This document shows positions 1 to 11,377 of a stretch of 64,000 nt of DNA, piece by piece. Under the pieces are notes generated by a model. The model did no database searches and was not told the origin of the DNA. It saw nothing but the letters and a program-made list of their open reading frames with translations. The stretch is taken from positions 3,040,001 through 3,104,000 of the forward strand of contig CM000153.2 of NCBI GenBank assembly GCA_000004695.1. The letters are read 5' to 3'. Every line of letters starts with the position of its first letter. The stretch's first letter is position 1. The translations under genes were made by a program, and so were the position numbers. This DNA comes from Dictyostelium discoideum (taxonomy: Eukaryota).

Positions 1-2432
1 GATGTGAAGCTAAATTTGTTGGAGCAATTAAATCATTAAATGGGATTATAATGTTAGTTGGTACACCATTTTTTAGGGAGAAATTAAGTAGTTATAGTTT
101 TATGATGGGTGATAAATTATTACCGATTAGTGAAAATTTTGAAAATGATTTTCAATATGGAGAAGATGATAATGTGTTGATATCGATGGGAACTAATCAA
201 ACTTTTTTAAATTTAACGAGATATTCTGATAATGTTTTGAAAATTCAATTGGAGGGTGGAAAAATCAAAGAGTTTAAAATCGATACACAGAATAAAATGA
301 CATTGTCAATAGAAGCGTTGGGTGGTGATACAAAACCATATATTCAAATCGACTGTGAGAGTTGTATTGGAGCACGATTGAAAGGTTTGACTATGGATGT
401 TGCACCAATTGTAAATTCAACCATTTTTCATTTAGATTTTAGTGTTTTTACATTATATGGTTCGATATATCTTCAATCGGCAATAGCACCATTTGAAACT
501 TCAAATGTGGTTATAATCAATCCGATTATTAAAAGTCCTAAACAGGGTGAGGTTATAAAATTGAGTGTGAATAAAAATCAAAAGTATTCGACTTTGACTG
601 TATTTGCGTATTATTTACCACCACAATTTGATGGTGAAACGCTGTTCACTTGCCAATTCATTCTGTTTGATAATACAACCATTCAAGTTGACCAAGAGGA
701 TATATCGTCAACGAATACAGGTAGTTATTGGGAGTATAGTATTCAATCGACATTAACCTATGGTAGCGGCGAATTTCAAATCATTATAAATAATTTTCAA
801 GTTGTAAATGGTAGTTCAGTAATAACATTTAAAAAAACAAATAGTTTTCGTTATGAATTTGAAAACCCTATCGTAGAAACTATATCACAACCTATAAGAG
901 ACGGTGTTGGTATTGTAACTTTAACCGGCCAAAATCTTAATGGTTCTCCATTAATAACTATTGAAGGAGAAACTTCAATTAAATGTGGAAATGTTAAATT
1001 TAATGATGTTAATCAAATAACTTTTGAAATTACTCAAAGTCCTACCACAACCACTACCACCACCACCACCACTAAACCTGAAGATAAGTTTTATAATGTT
1101 ATAATTAATGTTGGTGGTACTAAAAGTGAACCATTCTTAATGAATTATTTACCAAGTGGTTGGAAATGTCCAAATAATTGTAGTGGTAATGGTTATTGTG
1201 ATGGTTCGTTAAATTGTATTTGCAATCAAGGATTTTCAGGTTACGATTGTTCAATATTAATTAATCAAGTATTAACCAACGCCAATTCATTACCAATATC
1301 AACAAATCAACAAATAAATGGTTCTTTCTCAATGACTGGTAATCATTTAAAGAATATTAGTTTTGAAATATCTTTAGCTGGTATCATAATTGATAGTGAT
1401 ACATTTAAACCATTACAAACTGATTTTAAAACTTTTTGTAAAGATTTTGATGATGGTTTTACATTGGATGCTAAAAATAGTAAATTATCAATTTCAACCA
1501 CTGCTCAATTCAATCCAAAAATATATAATTCAATTAATAGTATAAATTATAATGGAATTTATTTAGATAAACTTTCAAATAATTCAGTTTATTTAAAGGT
1601 TAATACGGCAAGCTCAACAATAACTACAATGAAATCATTAAAGGTTATTTATAAAGTGGATATAAAGGTTAATGGTAAAATACTCACGGATAATGATGAT
1701 GAATCAGTTACAACTGTAGTATCATCGCCAATTAATAATAAAATTTTAATTAAACATTTAGATTCAAATTCATGTTTACAAATTCATGTTTCAAATAGAT
1801 TTATGAATTATCAAAATATGGATGACGATTATGCTTCATTGGTTAAAATGGAATCAATACCAACAAGTGATATAAATAAACAAGATCAAAATAATCCAAT
1901 TTATTTAAGTATTAATATACCATTCGACGACGACGTTGTAGGTGGTGGTGGTGTTGATGGTGGTGATAATTCAAAATTTTCATTGGAGGTAGCTTCAACT
2001 TTTAGTGTTTTTAATGAATTTCCAACAAATATTAGAAATTCTCATCCAACTTTAAGTACAGCTGATAAATTCTTTATATCATTTGGTGTTGTAGTTGGTA
2101 TGGTTTTATTATTAGGTTTAATATTTAGATTTAGAAGATCAATTCGTTTCTATACTTTAAGATTCATAATCAATATTTATTTTCGTTATGGAAATCCTAG
2201 TGAAAAAATTCAAAACTTTTATGGTGGTTATGGTGTATTAAATGGTAAATTCGATTCATTAGAACTATTTTCAATGAATGGTGATGATGATGATATGGGA
2301 GCTCCAGATGGTGATGATGGTGTACCTGAGGAAGGTTACATTGTTAATCCATATGATGTTTATGATCCAACTCCAAGTGATTTCTTGGTTAATGAATTCA
2401 TAGAATCAAAAGCAACTTCCGAAATTGATTAA
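1..2432 (+). CDS. Type-I membrane glycoprotein, copy 1, with the 5' exons outside the window (reading frame begins at position 3). It has an IPT/TIG-like beta-sandwich repeat, an EGF-like module, a poly-Thr linker, a single TM helix and an acidic cytoplasmic tail. Possibly a Tgr-like adhesion/recognition family member.
   Basis: Continuous ORF to the stop at 2432. Motifs read directly: ...GIVTLTGQNLNGSPLITIEGETSIKCGNVKF (IPT/TIG-like); CPNNCSGNGYCDGSLNCICNQGFSGYDCS (EGF-like 6-Cys); TTTTTTTTTKPE linker; TM FISFGVVVGMVLLLGLIF; tail ...DFLVNEFIESKATSEID. The stretch upstream of the first Met aligns in-frame with exon 3 of the paralog at 3823. Confidence 0.7.
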   Translation, partial: CEAKFVGAIKSLNGIIMLVGTPFFREKLSSYSFMMGDKLLPISENFENDFQYGEDDNVLISMGTNQTFLNLTRYSDNVLKIQLEGGKIKEFKIDTQNKMTLSIEALGGDTKPYIQIDCESCIGARLKGLTMDVAPIVNSTIFHLDFSVFTLYGSIYLQSAIAPFETSNVVIINPIIKSPKQGEVIKLSVNKNQKYSTLTVFAYYLPPQFDGETLFTCQFILFDNTTIQVDQEDISSTNTGSYWEYSIQSTLTYGSGEFQIIINNFQVVNGSSVITFKKTNSFRYEFENPIVETISQPIRDGVGIVTLTGQNLNGSPLITIEGETSIKCGNVKFNDVNQITFEITQSPTTTTTTTTTTKPEDKFYNVIINVGGTKSEPFLMNYLPSGWKCPNNCSGNGYCDGSLNCICNQGFSGYDCSILINQVLTNANSLPISTNQQINGSFSMTGNHLKNISFEISLAGIIIDSDTFKPLQTDFKTFCKDFDDGFTLDAKNSKLSISTTAQFNPKIYNSINSINYNGIYLDKLSNNSVYLKVNTASSTITTMKSLKVIYKVDIKVNGKILTDNDDESVTTVVSSPINNKILIKHLDSNSCLQIHVSNRFMNYQNMDDDYASLVKMESIPTSDINKQDQNNPIYLSINIPFDDDVVGGGGVDGGDNSKFSLEVASTFSVFNEFPTNIRNSHPTLSTADKFFISFGVVVGMVLLLGLIFRFRRSIRFYTLRFIINIYFRYGNPSEKIQNFYGGYGVLNGKFDSLELFSMNGDDDDMGAPDGDDGVPEEGYIVNPYDVYDPTPSDFLVNEFIESKATSEID

Positions 2433-2623
2433 TTTTAGTTTTTAAAATTAAAAAAAAATAAAAAAAATAAAAATGAAAATAAAAAGATAAAACACAATAA
2501 ATCAGGTGTTGTAATTTTTAAAATATTTAATTTTATTTACATTTTGTTTTTTTTTTTTTTTTTTATTTTATACACAATCCCAAAAAAAAAAGTTACTTTC
2601 AAATAAATGAAATTGTTTTTTTC

Positions 2624-2661
<38 letters not shown>

Positions 2662-2777
2662 GTAAAACCGAATTATTTTTGGTTATAGCCATTTTTTTTT
2701 TTTTTTACTTTCAAATATTTCTGATTGTGAATGTATTATATGTAAAAATAACAAAAAAAAAAAAAAAAAAAAAAAAG

Positions 2778-5700
2778 ATGGAAAAAAACCATGTTTTCCA
2801 ATTAATATTTTATTCAATTTTAATTTTAATTGTAAATGTAAATTCAAATAAAATTGAATATTCATCATATAGTGAAGATGATAAATCAATAAATATAACA
2901 CTTATAACAAATATACAGGATTTGGAAATTTCATATTATTATAATCCTATTCAACATTTATCAATTATAAAATCAATTGAACCAATACCAATAATTAGAA
3001 ATAATATACCATTTAAATGTGGATATCTATTAGATAATAAAGGTTATCAAATTAATCTTATAAATTTAAAAGATGAGTATGTATATAACCTGACTACTAT
3101 TTCTTTTGTATAAATTATAATTTTTTAATTAATATTAATAAAAAAAAAATTAAAAAAAAATAGTTTTGGAACAAATGATTTTTATAATAATATAATTTGT
3201 AATGCTACATCTAATAAAATAACAGAGAATAGTATTCAATTAAAAGGAAATGATATAAATACAACATATGAATTCATATGCATAGATGATAATGATAATA
3301 TAAATAATAATGACAATATAGATAATATAGATAATTTAAATAATTATAAAAATAATAATAATAATAATAGTAGTAGTAATAATAATAGTAATCGTAATAA
3401 TAATAATATAGATAATATAGATAATATAGATAATTTAATTATAAATAGTAGTGACTATCATGGTGATAGTAATAATAGTAATAATAGTAATAATAATAAT
3501 AGTAATGAAATTGATAAATTTTTTTGTTTAAAAAATGATTTATCAAATCATACTCTTTGTACATATAATAGCAAATACGCATGTTTACAATCAATTATTT
3601 TTAATGTAACTAGAATAAAAAGAGGATTTTCTATAAATAAAAATTTTATTTCATCCAATCCATTAATTAAAAGATCGAATATAATTTCAATTAATGGTTT
3701 TTATAAATCAATATATCTAGGTTAGTTGGTTATAATTTTAATTTTAATTATATATAAATATAAATAATATAATAATTAAATAAATTTATTAATAATAATT
3801 ATAATAAAATATTTTATTATAGAAAGGAAAGAAAAAAAAATTGTTGGAGAAATTAAATCATTAAATGGTATTGTAACATTAAGTGGTATACCATTTTTTA
3901 GGGAAAAATTAAGTAATTATAGTTTTATAATGGGTGATAATATATTACCAATTAGTGAATATTTTGAAAATGATTTTCAATATAGAGAAGATGATAATGT
4001 ATTGATATCGATGGAGACCAATCAAACAATTTTAAATTTAACAAGATATTCTGATAATATTTTAAAAGTTCAATTAGAAGGTATAGAAATTAAAGAATTT
4101 GAAATCGATACACAAAATAAAATGATTTTATCAATTGAAGAATTGAATGACACTAAACAATACATTCAAATAAATTGTGAAGGTTGTATTGGTGCACAAT
4201 TGAGAGGTTTAACTATGGATATTGGACAAACTGTAAATTCAACGAGTTTTAAATTGTATTATGATACTTTTACACTATATAGTCCCTTATATCTTCAATC
4301 ACCAATTGCACCATTTGAAACTTCAAATCTAGTTATAGTTAAACCAATTTATGATTATCCAATAAAAGGTGAAGTTTTACAATTAAAATCAAAAAGATAT
4401 AAAAATCCAATAATCACTGTATCTGGTTATTATTTACCTTCAAATTATGGTTTCTTTTTGTTCACTCCTGAATTCTTAATTCCTGGAGGAGCAATTATTC
4501 GAAGCTATATCATAAAATCAACTAATATAGGTAGTTATTGGCAGCATAGTATTGAATTGCCAGTGAATCAAGGTAGTGGTGAATTTAGACTTTATAAAAA
4601 TAATTTCATAATCATTGATGGTAAAGTAAATATAATAAATAAAACAGTCGAGATTTTTCCTTTTAAGTTTGATGAAAAACCAATAGTAGAAAGTGTGTCA
4701 CAACTACAAGAGATGGTGCTGGTTATTTAACTATATCTGGTCAAAGCTTTAATTATTACCTTCCAGTTTTGACGATCGAGGAAGAAACCTCTTGGATTTG
4801 TGGAAATATATCTATTTTTCCTGACATTGATCAATTAATTTGTAAAGTTAATAAACATCCTATTCAGGATAGATTCTATAATGTTGTCCTTAAAAAAATT
4901 ATTAGTTATAGATCTTCATATAATAGTGAACCATTCCTAATGAATTATTTACCAAGTGGTTGGAAATGTCCAAATAATTGTAGTGGTAATGGTCATTGTG
5001 ATGGTTCATTAAATTGTATTTGCGATGAAGGATTTTCAGGTTACGATTGTTCAATACTAATTAATCAAGTATTAACCAATGCCAATTCACTACCAATATC
5101 AACAAATCAACAAAGGTTGGGTTCTTTCTCAATGACTGGTAATCATTTAAATAATATGAATTTTCAAATCTCTTTAGTTGGTATCATTACTGATAGTGAT
5201 ACTAATTTAGAAGCAGCTGAAACATCTTTTAAATATTCAACAAAAAATTCCAATTCAGTTTATTATAAAGATTCAGTTAATGGTTTTACATTGGATGCTA
5301 AAAATAGTAATTATTCAATTTCGGCCACTGCTCAATTCAATCCAAATGTATATTTAAATAATAGTATAAATTATAATGGAATTTATTTAGATAAACTTTC
5401 AAATAATTCTGTATATTTAAAGGTTAATCTTACAATAGGTGAATTAAACAATAAAGATATACTAAAGGTTATTTATAAAGTTAATTTAAATGTTAATAAT
5501 CAAATTCTTGGAGATTTAAAAAAATCAGTTACTATATCTTCACCAATTAATAATAAGATTTTAATTAAACATTTAGACTCATGTTCATGTTTACAAATTC
5601 ATCTTTCAAATAGATTTATAAATAATGGATCAATTAATGATGGTTATGCTTCATTGGTTAAAATGGAATCAATAACTGAACAAGATAATTCAATTTATTT

Positions 5701-6100
5701 TAGTATTGAAATTCCAATTAATAATAATAATATAAATTCAACATCAGGAGTTTCATTGGAAGTTACTTCAAGTTTTAGTGTTTTTAATGAAATTATAGTT
5801 TTTGAAATTTTAGGTACAGATGGTAATTCTTTAATAATTTTTGGTATTGTAGTTAGTTTGGTTCTATTATTTTATTTAATGTTTGGATTTAAAAGAAATT
5901 TAACCAATGGTATATTAAATGGTAAAACCAACTCATTTGAATTACTCCCAATGAATGGTGATGATTTAGGTGCTCCTGATGATGATTGTTTTCCTGAGAA
6001 AGGCTACATTTTTAATCCTAATGACATTAATGATTCAACTCTTAGTGATATCTTGGTTAATGAATTCATTGAGTCAAAAGCAACTTGTGAAACTGATTAA
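2778..6100 (+). CDS. Tandem paralog (copy 2) of the IPT/TIG-EGF membrane glycoprotein. Exons: 2778..3076, 3164..3720, 3823..6100. It has an N-terminal signal peptide and an Asn-rich insert. One base missing near 4700-4712 relative to copy 1 splits the last exon into ORFs 3930..4730 and 4769..6100, so it is a possible pseudogene or a sequencing error.
   Basis: ATG at 2778 followed by a hydrophobic leader (MEKNHVFQLIFYSILILIVNVNS). GTATGT donor at 3077 and AG acceptor at 3162-63; GT donor at 3721 and AG at 3821-22. Intron phases are consistent (299 nt phase 2; 557 nt phase 1). Exon 3 aligns with copy 1 from position ~1 onward. The EGF-like block is near-identical (CPNNCSGNGHCDGSLNCICDEGFSGYDCS), as are the TM helix and the tail ...DILVNEFIESKATCETD. 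Copy 1 'caacctataagagacggt' corresponds to copy 2 'caactacaagagatggt' (17 vs 18 nt). Confidence 0.6.
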
Positions 6101-6908
6101 TTTAATTAATAAAAAAAAATAAAAAAATAAAAAAAAAGCCATTGGAAAAAAAGAAATCAATTCATTTTTTCACTTTTTTAAAATTATCTATTCAAGTCTA
6201 ATTAAATAACAAGATAAAAGGGCAAAACAACCCAATAATATTTAAATAATAAATCAAAAAAAAATTTAATTATCTTTGATGATTCATCAAAGTGTTTTAA
6301 AAAATTAGATCAGCATCAATGGAAAAGGAACTAATAATTGCAATACAAATAAAAGAGTTTTTTTTTTTTTTTTTTTTATCATTTTTTTAGATGTGGGGTT
6401 TTATAGATTTTTAAAAAAAAAAAATAAAAAAAATAAAAAACAAACCAATTCAATAAAATCTATTTTTCCCTATTCATTTTTCTTCAAAATATAAAAGGAA
6501 TTACAAAAAATGAATGTTAAATAATTAAATTCTAAAAATAAAATTTTATATTAAAAAAATAAAAAAAAAAATAAATAAATTCAAAAAACAGAAATTACAA
6601 ATTAATTCATTTTTTTTATATTTTAAATCATTTTGTGTATTTACAAGTGTTCTATTTATCTAAACTAAATCCATATTAAAATAAATAAAACTAAATCATT
6701 GTAAAAAAAAAAAAATTTTAAAACTAAAAAAAAGGAAATATTTTAAAGGGGAGAAAAAAAAAAAAATTAAAAAAATTAAAAAAAATAAAAAAAACAAAAC
6801 CCTATTTAATCCTATTGAAAAGGTTTTTGATAGGGTGGTTTATTTTAGAAAAAAAAAAAAAAAATACAAACAAGGAAAATCTGTAAATTTTTATTTTAAT
6901 TTTTTAAT

Positions 6909-6963
<55 letters not shown>

Positions 6964-6971
6964 GTGAATAT

Positions 6972-7042
6972 AAAATATCCACTTTAATCCCAATTATTCA
7001 AATTGTGAAATTAAATATCCACTTTAATCCCAATTATTCAAA
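6972..7042 (+). promoter_or_regulatory. Perfect 31-bp direct repeat (aaatatccactttaatcccaattattcaaat, x2, 40-bp period) ending 27 bp upstream of the peroxiredoxin ATG. Candidate promoter element.
   Basis: Copies at 6972..7002 and 7012..7042 are identical. They sit immediately 5' of the CDS start at 7069 and 3' of a T(50) tract. Confidence 0.45.
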
Positions 7043-7068
7043 TATAAAAATAAATAATTAGAAAAAAA

Positions 7069-7362
7069 ATGACAAAATTAAAAGTTGATGACCAAGCTCC
7101 AGATTTTTCTGGAATTGACCAAAATGGTAAAAATATCTCATTGAGCCAATTTAATGGAAAACCATTAGTATTATTTTTCTATCCAAAAGGTAAAGTAATA
7201 ATTTAAAAAAAAAGAAAAAAACATATATATATATATTAATCTATATAAATTAATATTTTTAAAATTAAATGTATTAATATTTTATTATTGTTATTATAGA
7301 TGATAGTAAAACTTGTACAAATGAAGCATGTGAGTTTAGAGATAAGTATAGTTCATTTGTAA

Positions 7363-7418
<56 letters not shown>

Positions 7419-7766
7419 CATTAAATAATAAAATTAAATATTAATTAATTATTTTTATTTAAAATTAATTAGGTAAATGCTGGTGCTGATGTTATTGGTA
7501 TAAGTAATGATGATCCAGAATCTCATGCAAACTTCATTTCCAAGAATAGCCTTCCATACACTTTAATCTCTGATAAAGATGGTGAAATTGCTAAAAAGTA
7601 TGGTGTACATAAAGAATTATTATTCTTTCCAGGAAGAACCACCTTTATTTTAAATAAGGATCATAAAATTATTGGTACCCATTCAAGCTTAATTAATGCA
7701 TCATCTCATATTCAAGAATCACTTAAAGCAATTGACCACTTGAAAGGTGGTACACCAGTTCACTAA
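7069..7766 (+). CDS. Peroxiredoxin of the BCP/PrxQ (AhpC/TSA) family. Three exons: 7069..7189, 7300..7358, 7473..7766.
   Basis: Spliced protein [109 protein letters not shown]... Hallmark FYPKD..T..CT peroxidatic-Cys motif. GTAAAG/GTAAGT donors, AG acceptors, phases consistent (121 nt phase 1; 59 nt). Confidence 0.85.
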
Positions 7767-7825
7767 AAAAAAAACTAAAAAAAACAAAAATCCAAAAAAA
7801 ATTTTTTACCAAGAAAAACAAAATC

Positions 7826-7862
<37 letters not shown>

Positions 7863-7965
7863 ATCCAAAAACTCTAAATTAGAAAATAAATAAAATAAAT
7901 CATAGTTATTAAATCCATACAAATTTTACAATAAATAAAACCCATTTAAGTATTTTATAATTTTA

Positions 7966-8910
7966 TTAATTTTTCTTTGAAGAATTTGAAGATGAAGATA
8001 ATTTTCCTTTATCTCTTTTTTTCTTTATTACATTATCTTGTTCCACTATTTCATTTCTATCGTTTATCTAAAAATTAATAAATAAATAAATAAAAAAAAG
8101 AATTTATTAATAACCACCCCCACCCCAATTAAATTAATAAAATAAATAATAAAACCTAATAAAATAAATAATAAAACCTACAGAATTTAAATAAGTAGAA
8201 GAAGATGTTGAAAAAAGACGATCAGATTCTTTCCATCTTAATTTTTTTAAAGCGCCACTACCAGATATATAACTATCAAATCCTCTAATAACATTACCCA
8301 CATGATGAGTATCCTCTAAATATCTGCCCTCCAATGCATAAATTTGTTTCTCTAGTGTGGCTAATTTATTTTCTATATTCTTTTTCTCTGACATTAACTC
8401 TTCAATCTCCACTATAACCTCTTGTTTCATCCTTTTCTTTGGTAATATTGTTGCTATTGGTGTAACTACTGCTGCTGTTGTAGTTGTAGTTGTAGTTGTT
8501 GGTGTTGGGGTTGTTGTTGGTGTTGCATTCGCATTTGTAGATGATGATAATGATGATGATGATGATGATGTATCTGTATTACTATTTAATGTATTTGTAG
8601 TGGTTGTTGATGGTGATGGTGATGGTGATGGTGATGGTAATGTTGTTGTGGTAGTATTAGTTGTATTAGATGGTTGTGCATTTGTTGATGATGATGTTGA
8701 TACTGTGGTTGGTGTTGAATTTGTTTCATTTGTTGTTGTTACTATTTTCTTATCATTATTTTCTGTGGGGGTCAAAGATGGTATAGGTATATTACTACTT
8801 GATTTTTTATTTGATTTTTTATTTACACTTTTTTCATTGTCTTCTATAACATCCTCTCCATCAATTGTTTCCTCTTCTGTTTCCATTGTTACATCTTTAT
8901 TTTCACTCAT
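7966..8910 (-). CDS. MEAF6/Eaf6-like chromatin modification protein (NuA4/HBO1 HAT complex subunit) with a long Ser/Thr/Asn-rich N-terminal extension. Proposed 2 exons: 8910..8182 and 8067..7966.
   Basis: C-terminal core ...KKNIENKLATLEKQIYALEGRYLEDTHHVGNVIRGFDSYISGSG matches the Eaf6 coiled-coil/YLEDT..GN.I.GFD signature. The ORF as given runs into AT-rich junk (VGFIIYFIRFYYLFY). A phase-0 donor TCT|GTAGGT at 8181 and an AG acceptor at 8068 give a terminal exon ...INDRNEIVEQDNVIKKKRDKGKLSSSSNSSKKN* (33 codons, in frame, stop at 7966-68). Confidence 0.6.
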
Positions 8911-9570
8911 TTTTTTTTTTTTTTTAATTTTCCTTTTTTAATTAAAACACTAAAAAAATTTGAAGAAATTTGAAAAATTTTTAAAAAAAAAAAAAAAAAA
9001 AATAATTTCCAAAGTGGCGCAAAAATAACAAAGCATAATTAAAATGTAATGTTTAATAAAATTTAAATAGAAAAAAAAATATCTATTCCTTTTTTCTTAA
9101 ATTTACATTTTATTATTGAATTGATTTAAAAAAAAAATAATAATAATAATAAAAAAAATAAAAAAAAATATTTAAATTATTTTTTTTTTTTTTTTTTTTT
9201 TTGAGAATTACTAAAAAAATAATAAGCAAATAATAAATAAATAAAAAAGTATTAAAATAATATAGGAAAAATTGATTTCTTTTTTTCCATTTATGTTTTT
9301 TTTCCATTTATGTTTTTTTTTTTTTTTTTTTTTTTTTTCAATTTATTTTATTTTTTTTTTATTTTTATTTTTTTTAATTTTAATTATTTTTTAATTTTTT
9401 TTAAATTTTTTCTGATTTATTATATATATATATATAATCAAACTAATAAATAAATAAAAAAGTAAAGATTTGTAAGTATTGTTTTATGTTTTTTTGTTTT
9501 TTTTTATTTTTTTTTTTATATTTTTTTTATTTTTTAATATCACATTATGTGTTAATATAGTGAATCAAAA

Positions 9571-9639
9571 AACGAGCCAACGTTAAAATTTTTTTTTTTT
9601 TTTTCAATTTTTTGAAAAATTTTTCACGAAGGGCTCGTT
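9571..9639. promoter_or_regulatory. GC-containing inverted repeat (aacgagcc ... ggctcgtt) flanking a T-rich 53-bp spacer, about 170-230 bp upstream of rpl17 in the shared rpl17/MEAF6 intergenic region.
   Basis: Arms 9571..9578 (aacgagcc) and 9632..9639 (ggctcgtt) are exact reverse complements. This is an isolated G+C island in an otherwise >90% AT intergenic stretch. Confidence 0.3.
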
Positions 9640-9804
9640 GAAATCTTTTTTTTTTTTGATTTTTTTTATTTTTTTTTTAGTGTGTGTATTGAAAATGTAT
9701 GTAACTGATATCATGAATCCGTTTTTCTCAATCTATGACAAAAGATTGAACAATTATTTTTTTTGTATTAATACTAACTTTATCTATCTCAATCTTTAGT
9801 AAAA

Positions 9805-10587
9805 ATGACAAAACCAGTTTATTCAAAGACCCCATCCAACCCAGAAAAATGTAAGCATATAATAATATTTACCCTTTTAACATATCATCTAAAACAAAGA
9901 CTAACCTCTCTCTATTTTTTTTTTAGCCTGCAAATCTCGTGGTTCTAACTTAAGAATTCACTTCAAGGTAAATAGATTATATTATAGCAATTTAGGATAT
10001 GATATAAGAATATAAATGATAAACGATAAATGATATTGGATAGAGGAAAAAGAGAAAAAAGAGGATAATGATAATTGATAGAAAAAGTAGATTATTAATT
10101 TTTGATATAAATTATTGTAATAAAATAATAGAACACCAGAGAATCAGCTATGGCCATCAAAGGTATGCTCTTAACCAGAGCTAAAGCTTACTTAAACAAC
10201 GTTTTAGCCCATAGAGAATGTATCCCATTCAGAAGATTCAAAGGTGGTGTAGGTCGTACTGGTCAAGCCAAAATTTTCGGTACCAGTCAAGGTAGATGGC
10301 CAAAGAAATCTGTTGAACACATTTTATCACTCCTCCAAAATGCTGAAGCCAACGCTGAAGCTAAGGGTTTAAATGTTGAAAAACTCAAGATCGCTCACGT
10401 TCAAGTTCAACGTGCTCAACAACAACGTAGAAGAACCTACAGAGCACATGGTCGTATCAATCCATACATGTGTTCACCATCAACTGTTGAATTCATCCTC
10501 ACTGAAGTTGAAAAAGCTGTCCCAAAACCAGCTGAAGAATCCGCCCAAAAGAAGAAATCTGTCGCCACCCAAGAAATCTCTGCTTAA
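9805..10587 (+). CDS. rpl17: 60S ribosomal protein L17 (uL22). Three exons: 9805..9850, 9927..9967, 10132..10587.
   Basis: Spliced protein [145 protein letters not shown]... Collinear with eukaryotic RPL17. GTAAGC/GTAAAT donors, AG acceptors, phases consistent (46 nt phase 1; 41 nt). Confidence 0.9.
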
Positions 10588-10724
10588 ATAAAAAAATATA
10601 ATTATTAAAAAAAATAATAATCTTTTAAAAAAAAAAAAAATACATATATATTTATATTTTATTTATTATTTTTTTTTTTTAAAAAGTCTAAATTTATTTA
10701 TTTATTTAATTTTTTATTTGTTTT

Positions 10725-11108
10725 TTACTCTTCACCATCACTATCATTTTCGCCATCAAAATTTCTTAAATCGATTTCATTGGCTCTATCAGGTTGTTGG
10801 TCAATTATATTTAAAATTTTAATCAATTCATTTAAATGGTTTGGACTTGCTTTTGAAATTATAATATTACAAATTGAACCACCAACTAATTTTAATTCAA
10901 TTGTACATTTTCCATCATCTATAAAATTACTATAAATTCTTGATAAAGATTCTTCAAGTTTGAAATGAACCATTTTAGTTCCTTTACCAATACCTAAACA
11001 AATTTGTGATTGTCCATTTCTAAATAATGTAATTCCTTTAGTTGCAGGTCTAGGTTGTTTTCTTTGTTGATTTAAATAATCCACCACTGTATTACATTCT
11101 ATATGCAT
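10725..11108 (-). CDS. Small hypothetical protein (127 aa) with an acidic C-terminus (...DGENDSDGEE). No confident family assignment.
   Basis: Clean ORF on the minus strand with ordinary amino-acid composition, flanked by AT-rich non-coding sequence. No introns detected. Confidence 0.4.
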   Translation of the reverse strand: MHIECNTVVDYLNQQRKQPRPATKGITLFRNGQSQICLGIGKGTKMVHFKLEESLSRIYSNFIDDGKCTIELKLVGGSICNIIISKASPNHLNELIKILNIIDQQPDRANEIDLRNFDGENDSDGEE

Positions 11109-11318
11109 TTTTTTTAAATTTTATTTTTTAGGACCAAGTTATCTGTGAAGTTTTATTTTTGATCAAAAAAAAAAAAATAAAAAAAAAAATAAAAAAAAAA
11201 ATACAAAAATAAAAAAAAAATAAAAATAACAAAAATAAAAATGAAAAAAAAAGGGTGTAAAATTTATGGTTTTCTAAAAATACAATTCTAAATGTTTTTC
11301 TGTTTTCTTTTCTTTTTT

Positions 11319-11355
<37 letters not shown>

Positions 11356-11377
11356 TAAAATTAATTGTAATAATACC

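Noticed and set aside
2607-3113. 168-aa ORF proposed as an independent gene
   Set aside because: Its in-frame part from the ATG at 2778 is exon 1 (signal peptide) of the copy-2 receptor gene. The upstream poly-F/poly-K portion is translation of T/A homopolymers.
8357-8941. 194-aa plus-strand ORF rich in V/D/G
   Set aside because: It is the antisense reading of the Thr/Ser/Asn repeat region of the MEAF6-like gene (ACA/ACT repeats read as GTT/GAT on the other strand). It has no start context.
10373-10591. 72-aa ORF overlapping rpl17
   Set aside because: Alternate frame inside the rpl17 terminal exon.
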